Program-made: the position numbers and the translations under genes
NCBI GenBank assembly: GCA_020346185.1
Contig: CP070775.1
Coordinates: 3,247,688-3,311,687, forward strand
Length of the DNA: 64,000 nt
Direction: 5' to 3'
Source: Betaproteobacteria bacterium
GTDB taxonomy: Bacteria > Pseudomonadota > Gammaproteobacteria > Burkholderiales > Eutrophovitaceae
In this document: positions 1-15,879 of the stretch, one piece after another
How the letters are laid out: each line of letters begins with the position of its first letter
Numbering within the stretch: position 1 is the first letter of the stretch
Notes under the pieces: generated by a model
What the model saw: the letters and a program-made list of their open reading frames with translations, nothing else
The model's database searches: none
What the model was told of the DNA's origin: nothing

Positions 1-59
1 CGCAATTTCATAGCCGAAGCCTCAAGCGGGCATTTCACACTAACGGTCCGGTGCGGCGA

Positions 60-692
60 TTAGCGCTCCATCTCGATCAGTGTATTTAGCACATAAACAA
101 ACCGCTGCGCATCCACGCCGCGCCCGCCAGACTTCAACATCATGCCCGGTCCGGTTAAGTACTTGCCGTTGACGATCAGGTAGGGGGTGCCAGGTATTCG
201 GTAATTGCGCGCCAACTGCATCGCCCGTTGCGTCTTGTTGCCGACACTGAATGAGTCATACGCCGCCTCAAACTTCTTCATATCAATGTCTTGCGCCGAG
301 GCCCAATCCATGATTTCGTCGCGATCGGCTAGTCTTTTACCTTTACGGTGTATCGCATCGTAGACCTTGGGATGCAGCCGCGACAGGTTCCCGGTTTCTT
401 CCAGTGCGTAATACAACTTGGCTTGCGGTATCATACGTTTGTTGAATATCGCCGGTACGTGGCGAAACGAGACACCTTCCGGTTTGCTAGCCAGCCAACT
501 GTTCAACAGTGGCTCGAATTCGTCGCAGTGCGGACATGCATAACTGAAGAATTCGAGCACCTCGATTTGGTTCCCCGAGACCGGTTGCGCCGGGTTGATC
601 GCCCGATAATCCTTGCCCGCAACCGGGGCGCTTTGGCCTAGAGCACTGGTCGAAATCATGAGGGTAACTGCTAACGCAATCAGTCGTTTCAT
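60..692 (-). CDS. dsbA: Periplasmic thiol:disulfide interchange protein DsbA
   Basis: 210-aa ORF with signal peptide (MKRLIALAVTLMISTSALG) and thioredoxin-fold CPHC active site in FFSYACPHCDEFEP. Confidence 0.9.
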   Translation of the reverse strand: MKRLIALAVTLMISTSALGQSAPVAGKDYRAINPAQPVSGNQIEVLEFFSYACPHCDEFEPLLNSWLASKPEGVSFRHVPAIFNKRMIPQAKLYYALEETGNLSRLHPKVYDAIHRKGKRLADRDEIMDWASAQDIDMKKFEAAYDSFSVGNKTQRAMQLARNYRIPGTPYLIVNGKYLTGPGMMLKSGGRGVDAQRFVYVLNTLIEMER

Positions 693-724
693 ATTTACTC
701 TCGTTGCTGTCGTCGTTAAGTTTG

Positions 725-1273
725 TTAGCCCGGTTGCGGGACCTTGATCAGATTGGCTTCGAGCTTCAATTGTCTCAGAGCTTCCCGCGAGGCATTTAGT
801 TCACTCTCTTCACTGAACGGCCCGAGCCTGACACGGTGCCAAATCTTTCCATCAGCCAGCTCCGCCGTTTGGATCTTCGATTCGATGCCGGACAGGGCGA
901 GCCGCGCTTTGAGGTTGTCGGCGTCCGCCGGGTCCGGGAAAGCCGCCACTTGCAGAAAATAGACTTGCTCGTCAACTGCAGCGCTTTGTCGCCGAAACTC
1001 CCGGTCGGAAATTGCCTCCTCCCATCCCGGTAGAATCTTGTAGAAGTCAAACTCTAGCTGCACTTCCTCAGTACCCGACTTCGCGCCATCGGTCTTTGTT
1101 GCTGCCGCGGCGTGCTCGTATTTGTCAACAAAAGGATTCGGATCCTTGTTGATGTAAAGCGCCACAGCTAGCGCAATGCCAAGACCAAGCAACAGACCGA
1201 TGATAATGCCAAGATGCATAGGCCGGCCGGCAGCGCTGGAACCAATCCTTTTCTTTCTGTGGTCGCGGCTCAT
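725..1273 (-). CDS. SPOR (peptidoglycan-binding) domain membrane protein, FtsN/DedD-like
   Basis: 182 aa; one TM helix (LGIIIGLLLGLGIALAVALYI); C-terminal SPOR-like module (YFLQVAAFPDPADADNLKARL...WHRVRLGPF); lies directly downstream of argS. Confidence 0.7.
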   Translation of the reverse strand: MSRDHRKKRIGSSAAGRPMHLGIIIGLLLGLGIALAVALYINKDPNPFVDKYEHAAAATKTDGAKSGTEEVQLEFDFYKILPGWEEAISDREFRRQSAAVDEQVYFLQVAAFPDPADADNLKARLALSGIESKIQTAELADGKIWHRVRLGPFSEESELNASREALRQLKLEANLIKVPQPG

Positions 1274-1284
1274 TTATCCAAGGC

Positions 1285-3024
1285 CTACATCTTGTCCGGC
1301 GCGCTAACTCCCAGCAACGCCAACCCGTTGCGCAGCACCTGTCGCACGCTCGCCACCAGCGACAGACGGGCTTCACGAACCGCTAAGTCCTCTATCAGTA
1401 TTTGCGTCGAGTTGTAGTAGCTATGGAACACGGCCGCCAGGTCTCTTAAATAGAACGCAACGATATGCGGCGCTAGGTCACGCGCTGCTGCTTCAACCAC
1501 TTCAGGAAATTCCAGCAGCTTCTGCAGACAAAGAAGTTCATCCTGTTCGACGAGCCGGCCCACATCTGCGTTGGCGAGCGTAGCTGCGTCGCCACCCCAC
1601 TTGTCGAGCACACTGGAACAACGAGCGTGCCCATACTGAATGTAGTAAACCGGGTTTTCATTACTCTGCGACTTGGCAAGATCGAGATCGAAGTCAAGAT
1701 GCTGGTCGCTCTTGCGCAGCACGTAAAAGAACCGCGCCGCATCGTTACCCACTTCTTGGCGCAGTTCGCGCAAGGTGACAAATTCCCCGGAGCGGGTCGA
1801 CATCGAAGCCTTCTGCCCGCCACGATAAAGAACTGCAAATTGAACCAGCGCTACGGTAAGCCTGTCGGATGGTTCACCTAATGCCTCCAGAGCCCCCCTG
1901 ACTCGGGCAATATAGCCATGATGGTCCGCGCCCCAAACATCAATCAGCTCGTCAAAGCCACGTTCAAGCTTGTTAGCATGATACGCGACATCGGAGGCAA
2001 AGTACGTGTATTGCCCATTATCACGCTGCACGACACGGTCCTTTTCATCACCAAAACCTGTCGAGCGAAACCATACTGCGCCGTCCTGTCGGTAGAGATG
2101 GCCTCTTTCGTTGAGTCCGTCCATCGCTGCCCTCACCATGCCGGAGTCATAAAGTGATTTCTCCGAATACCAGACATCAAACTCGACGCCGAATTCGAGC
2201 AAGTCATTGCGACAATCGCCGAGTTGTTCGGTCAAGACATAGTCGTGTATGTACGCATAGTCAGAACCAAGCACCGTCTTGGCATTCGCAATCAACGCAT
2301 CAAGATGTGCCTCGCTATCAGCAGTAGCTGGTGGAACATGGGCGAAGACCAGATCGCAAGAGTGTACGTATCGCGCCCCGTGCTGCTGTTTTATGGCGCG
2401 CGCCATATCGCGAACGTAGCTACCTCGGTAAGCATTTTCCGGAAACGGGAGTGTCTGTCCCTCAATCTCCAGATAGCGGAGCCATGTCGACAATGCCAGG
2501 ATATCCATTTGGCGGCCCGCATCGTTTACATAGTACTCGCGCGTCACCGCGTAGCCTGCAGCGTCCAGCACATTCGCCAGGCTAGCGCCGTACGCCGCGC
2601 CTCGCCCGTGTCCGACGTGCAGTGGGCCGGTCGGGTTCGCCGATACAAACTCAACCTGGACTTTACGTCCCTTGCCAACAGCGACGCGGCCATAGTCTGC
2701 ACCCGACTTGAGTACCACGGGCACAACATTCTGGCGAACGCCGACATCAAGAAACAAGTTAATGAAGCCGGCCCCGGCAACCTCTGCCTTGCGCACCAGC
2801 GGCGAGTCCGGCAGTGCGCTCACGATGCGCTCGGCAATTTCGCGCGGATTGCGGCGCAATGGTTTCGCCAATTGCATGGCGACATTGCAGGCGTAATCGC
2901 CGTGGCTGACCGACCTCGGTCGCTCCAGCACGAGCCTGACTTCGTCGGCCTGCGGCACGCCATTCGCCACGGCAAATTGCAACAATTCGATCAGCTCCGC
3001 TCGCAGATCGGCTGCGGAAGTCAT
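1285..3024 (-). CDS. argS: Arginine--tRNA ligase
   Basis: 579 aa; class-I HIGH region (NPTGPLHVGHGRGAAYG), KMSKS-like MSTRSG, full-length ArgRS architecture. Confidence 0.95.
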   Translation of the reverse strand: MTSAADLRAELIELLQFAVANGVPQADEVRLVLERPRSVSHGDYACNVAMQLAKPLRRNPREIAERIVSALPDSPLVRKAEVAGAGFINLFLDVGVRQNVVPVVLKSGADYGRVAVGKGRKVQVEFVSANPTGPLHVGHGRGAAYGASLANVLDAAGYAVTREYYVNDAGRQMDILALSTWLRYLEIEGQTLPFPENAYRGSYVRDMARAIKQQHGARYVHSCDLVFAHVPPATADSEAHLDALIANAKTVLGSDYAYIHDYVLTEQLGDCRNDLLEFGVEFDVWYSEKSLYDSGMVRAAMDGLNERGHLYRQDGAVWFRSTGFGDEKDRVVQRDNGQYTYFASDVAYHANKLERGFDELIDVWGADHHGYIARVRGALEALGEPSDRLTVALVQFAVLYRGGQKASMSTRSGEFVTLRELRQEVGNDAARFFYVLRKSDQHLDFDLDLAKSQSNENPVYYIQYGHARCSSVLDKWGGDAATLANADVGRLVEQDELLCLQKLLEFPEVVEAAARDLAPHIVAFYLRDLAAVFHSYYNSTQILIEDLAVREARLSLVASVRQVLRNGLALLGVSAPDKM

Positions 3025-3084
3025 ACATTAAGTCCGCTCAGAAGAAGGGACGATTATATCGGCTCATTGACCAGCAACGGAGAA

Positions 3085-5289
3085 CTAGAGCTCAACGGGG
3101 TCGACGTCGATCACCCAGCGCACCAGACTGGACTTGTACGTGTTCAGTGTCGGATGCCAGCGGGCCAGGAAATACCGCATCGCCACCCTGTTGGGAGCTT
3201 CCACCAACAATTGACCGCGGTACCTTCCCGCGACCCGAAAAATCGGCGCCGGAACACAGTCATATACGGTAACGTCCGCGTCAGTCAGACTTAATGCCTT
3301 GCCCGCCGCAGTGCGCAAAAACGACCACATTTGGTCTTCGCGATGCGCCTCAGCACGCAGTACGGCCTGGTAGACGTAGGGTGGAAAGCCACTGCGGCGG
3401 CGTTCGGCAAGCAGATCCGCTGCGTAATCAGCGAAAGCCTGGCGCGCCAGCGCCTTGTAGACGGGATGCGACGGGAACTCAGTCTGCACCAATACCCGGC
3501 CAGGACGATCAGCACGCCCGGCACGTCCCGCGACCTGCATGAGCTGCTGAAACAAACGCTCGGCGGCTCGATAATCACTGCTGTAGAGCGCGTGGTCGGC
3601 GCCGAGGATCACCACTAGGGTGAGCTTGGGAAAATCGTGTCCCTTGGCGAGCATCTGGGTGCCTACCAACACGTCTATCTGTTCGCTGCGAATCTGATTG
3701 CGCATCTCGGCGAAGGCGTTGCGACGGCGCGTGCTGTCGCTGTCGACGCGCAGTACACGTGCACCTGCGAGCTGCGCACGCAGCGCCTCCTCGATCCGCT
3801 GCGTGCCTTGCCCAAGACCGTGCAGGTCCTGGTTGCCGCAGTCCGGGCAGGCTCGGTGGACGAGCTCTTGGTGGCCACAATAGTGGCACCTCAGCTTCAA
3901 TGCGCGAGAGTGCAAAGTAAGGCGCGCCGAGCATCGCTGGCATTGGGCCATCCATCCGCAAGCCCGACACAGCAATACCGGTGCAAAACCACGACGATTG
4001 ATGTACACAAGGCATTGTTCACCGCGGCCAACACAATCGCCGATGGCGGCCAGCGCATCGGCTGACAGGCCGTGATCGAGGTGTTGTTTTCGCACATCGA
4101 TAAACTCCACTGTGGGCGCGCGAGCCACAGGACGCAGCGTCAATGACGCACTACGATAGCGACCGCTCAGCGCGTTAGCGTAGGTCTCCAGGGAAGGGGT
4201 TGCCGAGCCGAGCACAACCGGGACATTGGCACTCTTGGCAACGTAAACAGCAATATCGCGCGCATGGTAGCGCAGTGATTCCGCCTGCTTGAAGGAACTG
4301 TCATGTTCCTCGTCGACAATCACGAGCCCGAGCTGCGGCATTGGCGTGAATACGGCGAGGCGAGTACCCAACACGATCGCTGCGTCGCCGGCACGGGCCT
4401 GCTGCCAGCGGGCAAGCCTTTCACGCTCCGCCAGTCCACTATGCAGGCTCACCACTTCAAGATCCGGAAAACGATCTTGCACACGCGCCTCCAGTTGCGG
4501 CGTCAGGTTGATTTCCGGCACCAGCAACAAAGTTTGCTTACCCGACGCGGCAACTCGTTCGATCAACGACAGGTAGACCTCGGTCTTGCCACTGCCCGTG
4601 ACGCCGTGCAATAACCACGGTACAAACTGTCCGAGTGTCTCGCTGATGACGTCGACAGCTTGGCGTTGTTCGTCCGTTAGCGTCGGCACCGTGTTCGGCG
4701 CGACAGCGACCGAAACGACTGGCCTGAGCCGTCCGGAAAGCGATGACTTGGCGCGAACAGCACGCTTCTCGATCCAGCCCTTTTCGACCCATTCAAGCAA
4801 CAGCCGTGGCGCTCCCGCGTAAATGAGGCGCGCCCGAACTGAATCGAGCACTTCGCCACTTGCCAGCGCCCGTAACAAGCGAAGCTGCCCGGTAGCCCTC
4901 GGTTCGATATTCGCTTTCACATCACTTGCCGCGGCGGCGAGGCGGTACTCCCAGGCTTGCACTCGCTTGCCGTAATCGGGCTTGCGCAGCAGGGTCGGAA
5001 GCGTTATCGCCAGCACCTGGCCAAGAGGGTGCCGATAGTAGTCGGCACAGAACGCAGCGAGTGACAGCGTTTCAGCCGTTAAAGGTTCGACCGGCAACAC
5101 CCGTTCGACGAACCTCAAACGTGAATTGCCGATTGGGCTACTTTCGGCAAGCGCGGTCACAACACCGACCTGGCGCCGCCGACCGAAAGGCACCGCGACC
5201 AAGGCACCGACGCGAACATCGGTGTCGCCGGTCGCGTAGTCAAACGGCCCAACAACAGGTACATCAAGCTCGACACGGGCAATCGTCAT
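3085..5289 (-). CDS. priA: Primosomal replication-restart helicase PriA
   Basis: 734 aa; Walker A GVTGSGKTEVY, DEEH box (IVDEEHD), characteristic Cys-rich zinc region (CRACGWMAQCQRCSARLTLH...CHYCG...CPDCG). Confidence 0.95.
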   Translation of the reverse strand: MTIARVELDVPVVGPFDYATGDTDVRVGALVAVPFGRRRQVGVVTALAESSPIGNSRLRFVERVLPVEPLTAETLSLAAFCADYYRHPLGQVLAITLPTLLRKPDYGKRVQAWEYRLAAAASDVKANIEPRATGQLRLLRALASGEVLDSVRARLIYAGAPRLLLEWVEKGWIEKRAVRAKSSLSGRLRPVVSVAVAPNTVPTLTDEQRQAVDVISETLGQFVPWLLHGVTGSGKTEVYLSLIERVAASGKQTLLLVPEINLTPQLEARVQDRFPDLEVVSLHSGLAERERLARWQQARAGDAAIVLGTRLAVFTPMPQLGLVIVDEEHDSSFKQAESLRYHARDIAVYVAKSANVPVVLGSATPSLETYANALSGRYRSASLTLRPVARAPTVEFIDVRKQHLDHGLSADALAAIGDCVGRGEQCLVYINRRGFAPVLLCRACGWMAQCQRCSARLTLHSRALKLRCHYCGHQELVHRACPDCGNQDLHGLGQGTQRIEEALRAQLAGARVLRVDSDSTRRRNAFAEMRNQIRSEQIDVLVGTQMLAKGHDFPKLTLVVILGADHALYSSDYRAAERLFQQLMQVAGRAGRADRPGRVLVQTEFPSHPVYKALARQAFADYAADLLAERRRSGFPPYVYQAVLRAEAHREDQMWSFLRTAAGKALSLTDADVTVYDCVPAPIFRVAGRYRGQLLVEAPNRVAMRYFLARWHPTLNTYKSSLVRWVIDVDPVEL

Positions 5290-5604
5290 GATCGTACCGT
5301 TCTCGCCGGGTCGCCGGACAGACCTCTGCCCAATCTTTCAATATCGCAGGTAACCCGCTTTCCGAACTCGAGTTTTCTCCAAGCCAGACTGTGGACAATT
5401 CTGTTGACTAATTGCCGGGCACGACCGAGTCATGCCCCCATGGTAGCCCCCGCTATCACCTCAGCTTCCATCAACCCACTAGTTTTCATATAAAACAAAC
5501 AGTTACGATCAGGCGCCGACATATGTGAGCGAGTACCCGCTATCCCGATGATCGCCCTCTCTTGTGCATAAGACTACCGGGATCGGCGCATGCCATGTCC
5601 GATC

Positions 5605-6675
5605 TTACTGATGGTACGCGGGACTCAAAGCATGCACAGCGTCGATCAGGGCCGCCACATTTTCCGGTGGCGTGAACTGCGATACGCCGTGACCGAGATT
5701 GAAAACATGGCCGTTGCCGTGACCGAAGCTGGCCAACACCCTGGACGCTTCGCGCTCGACAACATCGGGCGTTGTCAACAAAATCGCTGGGTCAAGGTTA
5801 CCCTGCAACGCGACCCGATCACCGACCCGCCGTCGGGCAGCACCGAGGTCAGTGGTCCAGTCCACGGCCAAAGCGTCAGCACCGCATTCGGCAAGCGCCT
5901 CGAGCCATTGCCCGCCCCCCTTGGTAAAGACGATGCGCGGCACGCGCTGCCCGTCGCGTGTCTGGTGCAAATCGGCGCAGATGCGTTGAATGTGAGCGAG
6001 CGAGAACTCACGGAACGCAGCCTCCGACAGACTTCCTCCCCAAGTATCGAAAATCATGACTGCCTGAGCACCGGCTTCAATCTGCGCGTTCAGATACGCC
6101 ACAACCGATTGCGCAGTCACGTCCAGAATGGTGTGCAACAGATCGGGGCGCGCATAGAGCATCCGTTTGATCTCGTGGAACTCGGTCTTGCCGCGCCCTT
6201 CAATCATGTAACAGGCCAACGTGTACGGGCTACCCGAGAATCCGATCAAAGGGACCTCGTTGTCTAGCGCTTTGCGTATCTGCGATACCGCATCCAGCAC
6301 ATACCCCAAGTGCGCAGCCGGATCGACCACATCGAGATTGCGGATCTCCCATTCCTCACGCAGCGGTCGATGGAAACGCGGCCCTTCCCCTTCGGCAAAG
6401 TAGAGGCCGAGACCCATCGCGTCAGGTATGGTGAGAATGTCAGAAAACAGGATCGCCGCATCGAGCGGGAAACGCGCTAACGGCTGCAGTGTGACTTCGG
6501 TTGCCAGATGCGGGTTCTTACATAAATCCAGAAAGCTGCCGGCCTGCTGACGAGTCTGGTTGTACTCAGGAAGATAGCGCCCCGCCTGGCGCATAATCCA
6601 CACTGGCGTATACGGTGTCGGCTCGCGCACTAAGGCACGCAGAAAGGTGTCGTTTTTGGGGGCTTGCGCGGACAA
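5605..6675 (-). CDS. hemE: Uroporphyrinogen decarboxylase
   Basis: 356 aa; N-terminal signature [15 protein letters not shown] and full-length URO-D similarity. Confidence 0.95.
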   Translation of the reverse strand: MSAQAPKNDTFLRALVREPTPYTPVWIMRQAGRYLPEYNQTRQQAGSFLDLCKNPHLATEVTLQPLARFPLDAAILFSDILTIPDAMGLGLYFAEGEGPRFHRPLREEWEIRNLDVVDPAAHLGYVLDAVSQIRKALDNEVPLIGFSGSPYTLACYMIEGRGKTEFHEIKRMLYARPDLLHTILDVTAQSVVAYLNAQIEAGAQAVMIFDTWGGSLSEAAFREFSLAHIQRICADLHQTRDGQRVPRIVFTKGGGQWLEALAECGADALAVDWTTDLGAARRRVGDRVALQGNLDPAILLTTPDVVEREASRVLASFGHGNGHVFNLGHGVSQFTPPENVAALIDAVHALSPAYHQ

Positions 6676-6732
6676 ATCTTGCCGCCGAATTCGCTGAGTT
6701 GGTTACCTTGAAAGTGATATAAGCATTTCGGT

Positions 6733-8211
6733 TCAGCGCGGCAATTCAGAAGCACCCATTAACGCTTCATCAATGGCGCGGGCGCACTGCCGACCTTCAC
6801 GAATCGCCCAAACAACCAGTGACTGCCCTCTTCGCATGTCTCCGGCTGCAAAGACGCGCGGGTGCGAAGTGCGGTAAACCTCAGTATCTGCTTTTACGTT
6901 GCCTCGCTGATCGCATTCGAGAGCGAGCTGCTCGATGACGCCAGCGTGCACCGGGCTGACAAACCCCATGGCAAGCAGCACAAGATCTGCTCGCACCTCA
7001 AACTCGCTACCTGGAATCTCGCTCATCTGCATACGCCCATCGGACCCCTTTTTCCATTGCATTCGGGCAGCCACCAACCTCTCGACTTTACCATTGCGGC
7101 CTTCGAAACGCTTTGTCGTGACCGACCAGTCACGATTGCATCCCTCTTCGTGTGAAGACGAAGTACGCAACTTAATTGGCCAGTTAGGCCAGGTAAGAGC
7201 TCGGTCCTCCTCCTCCGGGGGCATCGGCAGAAGTTCGAACTGCGTAATCGACAACGCACCCTGACGATTCGAAGTACCGACGCAATCCGAGCCGGTATCG
7301 CCACCACCGATGACAATGACGTGCTTGCCGGTCGCCGTGATCTGACTGTCAAGGGAGTCGCCGGCAACGACGCGGTTCTGCTGCGGCAGAAATTCCATCG
7401 CAAAGTGCACGCCTTGCAGATCACGACCCGGTAACGGCAGGTCGCGCGGTTGTTCCGCGCCGCCGGTCAGTGCGATCACGTCGAATTCTTCCAGCAGCTC
7501 CTGGTGCAATATAAAGTGTCTCGACAGATTATTCACCCCCGGCATGTCACGTGGCTGGGAACCGACACACACTCCGACACGAAACTCGACGCCCTCTTGT
7601 TTCATTTGTTCGATGCGCCGGTCAATGTGACTTTTCTCCATCTTGAAATCCGGAATGCCATAACGCAAAAGACCGCCGAGCCGGTCGTTCTTCTCGAACA
7701 CGGCGACATCGTAACCCGCACGGGCGAGCTGTTGCGCGCATGCCAACCCGGCCGGGCCGGACCCGACCACCGCAACTCTTTTGCCGGTCTTTGTCGCCGG
7801 CGGTTGTGCTCGGATCCATCCTTGCTCCCATCCCTTGTCGGCAATTGCATGTTCAATCGATTTGATTGCCACGGCGTCATCATTAATATTAAGCGTGCAA
7901 GCCGCTTCACAAGGAGCAGGGCAGATGCGCCCGGTAAACTCGGGGAAATTGTTGGTCGAGTGCAATGTAGCAAGCGCTGCTTTCCACTGCTGACGATAAA
8001 CAAGGTCGTTCCAGTCCGGAATGATGTTGTTCACCGGACAGCCACTCTGACAAAAGGGAATGCCACAGTCCATGCAGCGCGCACCCTGGCGACCGGCCTC
8101 ATCATCGGCATGATGAATCACAAACTCTTGGTAGTTTCCGACGCGCTCGGCAACCGGGATCGATACTTCATTAACCCGATCGAGTTCCATGAATCCAGTT
8201 GCTTTACCCAT
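6733..8211 (-). CDS. gltD: Glutamate synthase (NADPH) small subunit
   Basis: Fe-S Cys cluster ([14 protein letters not shown]), dinucleotide fold [14 protein letters not shown]. Start set at Met23 of the ORF ([15 protein letters not shown] 8211), which abuts the gltB stop at 8213; the longer ORF start at 8277 would overlap gltB. Confidence 0.9.
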   Translation of the reverse strand: MGKATGFMELDRVNEVSIPVAERVGNYQEFVIHHADDEAGRQGARCMDCGIPFCQSGCPVNNIIPDWNDLVYRQQWKAALATLHSTNNFPEFTGRICPAPCEAACTLNINDDAVAIKSIEHAIADKGWEQGWIRAQPPATKTGKRVAVVGSGPAGLACAQQLARAGYDVAVFEKNDRLGGLLRYGIPDFKMEKSHIDRRIEQMKQEGVEFRVGVCVGSQPRDMPGVNNLSRHFILHQELLEEFDVIALTGGAEQPRDLPLPGRDLQGVHFAMEFLPQQNRVVAGDSLDSQITATGKHVIVIGGGDTGSDCVGTSNRQGALSITQFELLPMPPEEEDRALTWPNWPIKLRTSSSHEEGCNRDWSVTTKRFEGRNGKVERLVAARMQWKKGSDGRMQMSEIPGSEFEVRADLVLLAMGFVSPVHAGVIEQLALECDQRGNVKADTEVYRTSHPRVFAAGDMRRGQSLVVWAIREGRQCARAIDEALMGASELPR

Positions 8212-8212
8212 T

Positions 8213-12850
<4,638 letters not shown>

Positions 12851-12981
12851 GGTTTTTGCCTCTTTGTATAGTTTCCGCCATTCGGGTTTAGCGGGGATCA
12901 GGCCCCAAAGACGCCAAATCCGGCGCTTAGCCGGATTTGCTGCAAAGCCGTGAATGGTACCGTGATCAGACGTCGTTAATC

Positions 12982-13003
12982 AATAAAGCGGCTGCCGGCA
13001 GCC
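12982..13003 (-). terminator. Possible weak intrinsic terminator after the dGTPase-like gene
   Basis: On the minus strand GGCUG-CCGG-CAGCC (5-bp stem, tetraloop) followed by GCUUUAUUG; overlaps the stop codon. Confidence 0.35.
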
Positions 13004-14134
13004 CTAGTCATCCGGGGACAGGTCGACCGCAAAAATTCGCCGGTACTCCTTGATGGCATAGCGGTCGGTCATGCCTGCGACGTAGTCGGCAATGGCTCGC
13101 GGGGCATCGTCTTTGGCGCGATCCTGGTACTCCGGCGGTAACAATGGCGGCTCTTGCAAGAACGCTGAGAACAGCTCCCGAACAATACGCCTGGCCTTGT
13201 TGGCCATGCGCTGAACTCGGTAATGCTTGTAGAGTTTGGCTCGTAGAAAATATTGAAGTTCCTGTTGCAGGTGCTTGACGTCGCGGCTGAACGAGATGAG
13301 AGGCGGCGCGCTGCGAACCGCGTCAACGTCCGCCGGCGCGCACTCAGAAATGCGCCGCCGACTTTCGCAGGTCAGGTCAGTCACGAACTTGTTGATCATA
13401 CGCCGTACCGTCTCGTGAATGAGACGCCGGTCGTGCAGTCGGGGAAATTCCTGCTGCACCTGGTCGAGATGTTCCGCAAACACCGGCACCGCGGCGAGAT
13501 CTTCGAGCGTGATCAACCCGGAACGCAGGCCGTCATCGACATCGTGATTGTTATAGGCAATCTCGTCAGCAAAGTTTGTCAGCTGCGCCTCGAGCGACGG
13601 CTGATGTTTGAGCAGGAACCGTTCGCCGACATCGCCAAGCTTGCGGGCATTGGCGCGCGAGCAATGTTTCAGGATGCCTTCACGAGTCTCAAAGCAAAGG
13701 TTGAGGCCGTCGAAAGCACCGTAACGCTGCTCCAGCAAATCGACAACGCGCAACGACTGAAGGTTGTGCTCGAAGCCACCGTACTCATGCATGCATTCGT
13801 TTAGTGCGGCCTGACCACTGTGGCCAAACGGCGTGTGACCGAGGTCGTGCGCCAAGGCAATGCTCTCTACCAGGTCTTCGTTGAGCCCCAGGCTACGCGC
13901 GATCGATCTCGCGATCTGGGCAACTTCGATGCTGTGCGTCAGTCGGGTGCGAAACAGATCACCTTCGTGATTCACGAATACCTGTGTTTTGTACTCGAGT
14001 CGGCGAAAAGCCGTCGAGTGGACAATTCGGTCGCGGTCACGCTGGAACTCACTGCGCCCTTCCGGCGCAGGCTCGGCAACACGGCGCCCGCGTGACGAGC
14101 GTGCTAGAGCGGCATAGGGCGCCAGCTCAGTCAT
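13004..14134 (-). CDS. dgt: Deoxyguanosinetriphosphate triphosphohydrolase-like HD-domain protein
   Basis: 376 aa; HD motif region ([13 protein letters not shown]...[12 protein letters not shown]); 8-nt overlap with the aroB end suggests an aroK-aroB-dgt operon. Confidence 0.8.
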   Translation of the reverse strand: MTELAPYAALARSSRGRRVAEPAPEGRSEFQRDRDRIVHSTAFRRLEYKTQVFVNHEGDLFRTRLTHSIEVAQIARSIARSLGLNEDLVESIALAHDLGHTPFGHSGQAALNECMHEYGGFEHNLQSLRVVDLLEQRYGAFDGLNLCFETREGILKHCSRANARKLGDVGERFLLKHQPSLEAQLTNFADEIAYNNHDVDDGLRSGLITLEDLAAVPVFAEHLDQVQQEFPRLHDRRLIHETVRRMINKFVTDLTCESRRRISECAPADVDAVRSAPPLISFSRDVKHLQQELQYFLRAKLYKHYRVQRMANKARRIVRELFSAFLQEPPLLPPEYQDRAKDDAPRAIADYVAGMTDRYAIKEYRRIFAVDLSPDD

Positions 14135-15221
14135 CGGCTGGGATATCCTGCAGAACCCGTGTCAGCTCTTCCTCAGAGAATTCGGCTGAAAGGTATGCCT
14201 GCCCGATCGCCTTGAGCAGCACCAGTCTGAGTTTGCCCTGGTGCACTTTCTTGTCGTGACCCATTAACTCGAGGTAGCGCTTGGCGCCAAAAGCCGGCGC
14301 TTTGGTCGGCAAGCCGGCGCGATTGAGCAGCGCCGCCAACCGGCTCACATCCTGGTCGCTAATTTCGCCTTGTCGTGCCGAGAGACTTGCCGCCAGCAAC
14401 ATTCCCGCAGCAACCGCTTCACCGTGTAACCACTCGCCATAGCCGAGCTCGGTTTCAATTGCATGGCCGAAAGTATGGCCGAAATTGAGCAAGGCGCGAG
14501 CGCCCGCCTCACGCTCATCAGCGGCAACAATTTGCGCCTTGCAGCGGCACGACACCTCAACCGCGTAAGCCAATGCTTCCGGCTCGCACGCCACCAACCG
14601 GTCCATACTGTCTTCCAGCCAGGCAAAAAAACCTGCATCCATGATTGCGCCGTACTTAATCACTTCCGCCAGTCCTGCGGCAAGTTCCCGCTCCGGAAGA
14701 GTCGCGAGGGTTGCTATATCTGCGATGACCAGGCGCGGCTGATGGAAGGCGCCGATCATGTTTTTCCCCAAAGGATGATTGATCGCGGTCTTGCCGCCGA
14801 CAGAGGAATCGACTTGCGCGAGCAGCGTGGTGGGAATCTGGATGTACCCGATGCCGCGCTGGTAAGTTGCCGCAGCGAATCCCGTCAAGTCACCGATGAC
14901 GCCACCACCCAGCGCAATCATGGTTGTTGTACGGTCACATCTGGCCGCCAGCATGGCATCAAAAACACTGTTCAACGTTAGCCACGTCTTGTGCTGCTCA
15001 CCGTCAGGCAATTTGATCGCCAGCACATCGACACCGACCTCGCGCAGACTGCTTTCCAATCGTTCGAGAAAAAGCGGTGCGACCGTGTCATTGGTCACAA
15101 CAACCACCCGAGCGCTGGTCAGATGAGCAGCGATAAGTTTGCTGTCATCAATAATGCCGCTTCCGATAACGATCGGGTAGCTTCTGGCATCAAGGCTTAC
15201 CTTGAGAGTTTGCGTTTGCAT
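14127..15221 (-). CDS. aroB: 3-dehydroquinate synthase
   Basis: DHQS motifs ([30 protein letters not shown]). Start set at Met17 (MQTQTLKV, 15221) just after the aroK stop at 15229. Confidence 0.9.
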   Translation of the reverse strand: MQTQTLKVSLDARSYPIVIGSGIIDDSKLIAAHLTSARVVVVTNDTVAPLFLERLESSLREVGVDVLAIKLPDGEQHKTWLTLNSVFDAMLAARCDRTTTMIALGGGVIGDLTGFAAATYQRGIGYIQIPTTLLAQVDSSVGGKTAINHPLGKNMIGAFHQPRLVIADIATLATLPERELAAGLAEVIKYGAIMDAGFFAWLEDSMDRLVACEPEALAYAVEVSCRCKAQIVAADEREAGARALLNFGHTFGHAIETELGYGEWLHGEAVAAGMLLAASLSARQGEISDQDVSRLAALLNRAGLPTKAPAFGAKRYLELMGHDKKVHQGKLRLVLLKAIGQAYLSAEFSEEELTRVLQDIPADD

Positions 15222-15228
15222 GTCCTGA

Positions 15229-15813
15229 TTACTGCGCCGAGCTGGTCGCCTTCGCCTGGCGCGCCACAAGTTGTCCCACCAGGCGGTTGACCAACGAATG
15301 CAAAGTGGGGCTGCCGGTCTCTACTACCAAGTGGGCAACCTCCCTGTACAGCGGATCCCGTTCCTCAAAAATGGCTCTGATACGTGCCTGCGGGTCACTT
15401 GTCTGCAGCAGTGGTCGATTCCTGTCGTGACGCGTCCGGTTGATCAATTCACGGACCGCAGCACGCAGATATACAACTGTTCCGCGCTCACGTAGCAAGC
15501 GCCGGTTGTCCACATCGAGCACCGCCCCGCCTCCGGTGGCCAGAACAATATTATCGTGCCCGGTCATTTCCTCAATGACGGCGCGCTCACGGTTGCGGAA
15601 TCCTTGTTCGCCTTCGATATCGAAAATAACGGGTATGCGCACACCCGTTCTCTCCTCGATAATGTGGTCAGAGTCGTGAAACGTCTTGCCGAGACGTCGC
15701 GCCAAGGCCCGGCCAACGGAGGTCTTTCCCGCCCCCATCATTCCCACCAGGAAGATATTTCCAGGAATGCTAACCGGTGATTTGCTGGCACGGCCGCGTA
15801 AGTAACTTGCCAT
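15229..15813 (-). CDS. aroK: Shikimate kinase
   Basis: 194 aa; Walker [16 protein letters not shown]; conserved position upstream of aroB. Confidence 0.9.
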   Translation of the reverse strand: MASYLRGRASKSPVSIPGNIFLVGMMGAGKTSVGRALARRLGKTFHDSDHIIEERTGVRIPVIFDIEGEQGFRNRERAVIEEMTGHDNIVLATGGGAVLDVDNRRLLRERGTVVYLRAAVRELINRTRHDRNRPLLQTSDPQARIRAIFEERDPLYREVAHLVVETGSPTLHSLVNRLVGQLVARQAKATSSAQ

Positions 15814-15841
15814 TGCGGCATTCTAACGAACGTGGCCCGCA

Positions 15842-15871
15842 TCGCGTCAGATGCGGGCCACAAAGCGGGCA
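15842..15871 (-). promoter_or_regulatory. Perfect 12-bp stem-loop between pilQ and aroK (attenuator, processing site or weak terminator)
   Basis: GTGGCCCGCATC-6 nt-GATGCGGGCCAC; on the minus strand it is followed by GUUCGUUAGAA, only moderately U-rich. Confidence 0.45.
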
Positions 15872-15879
15872 GCTCGATA

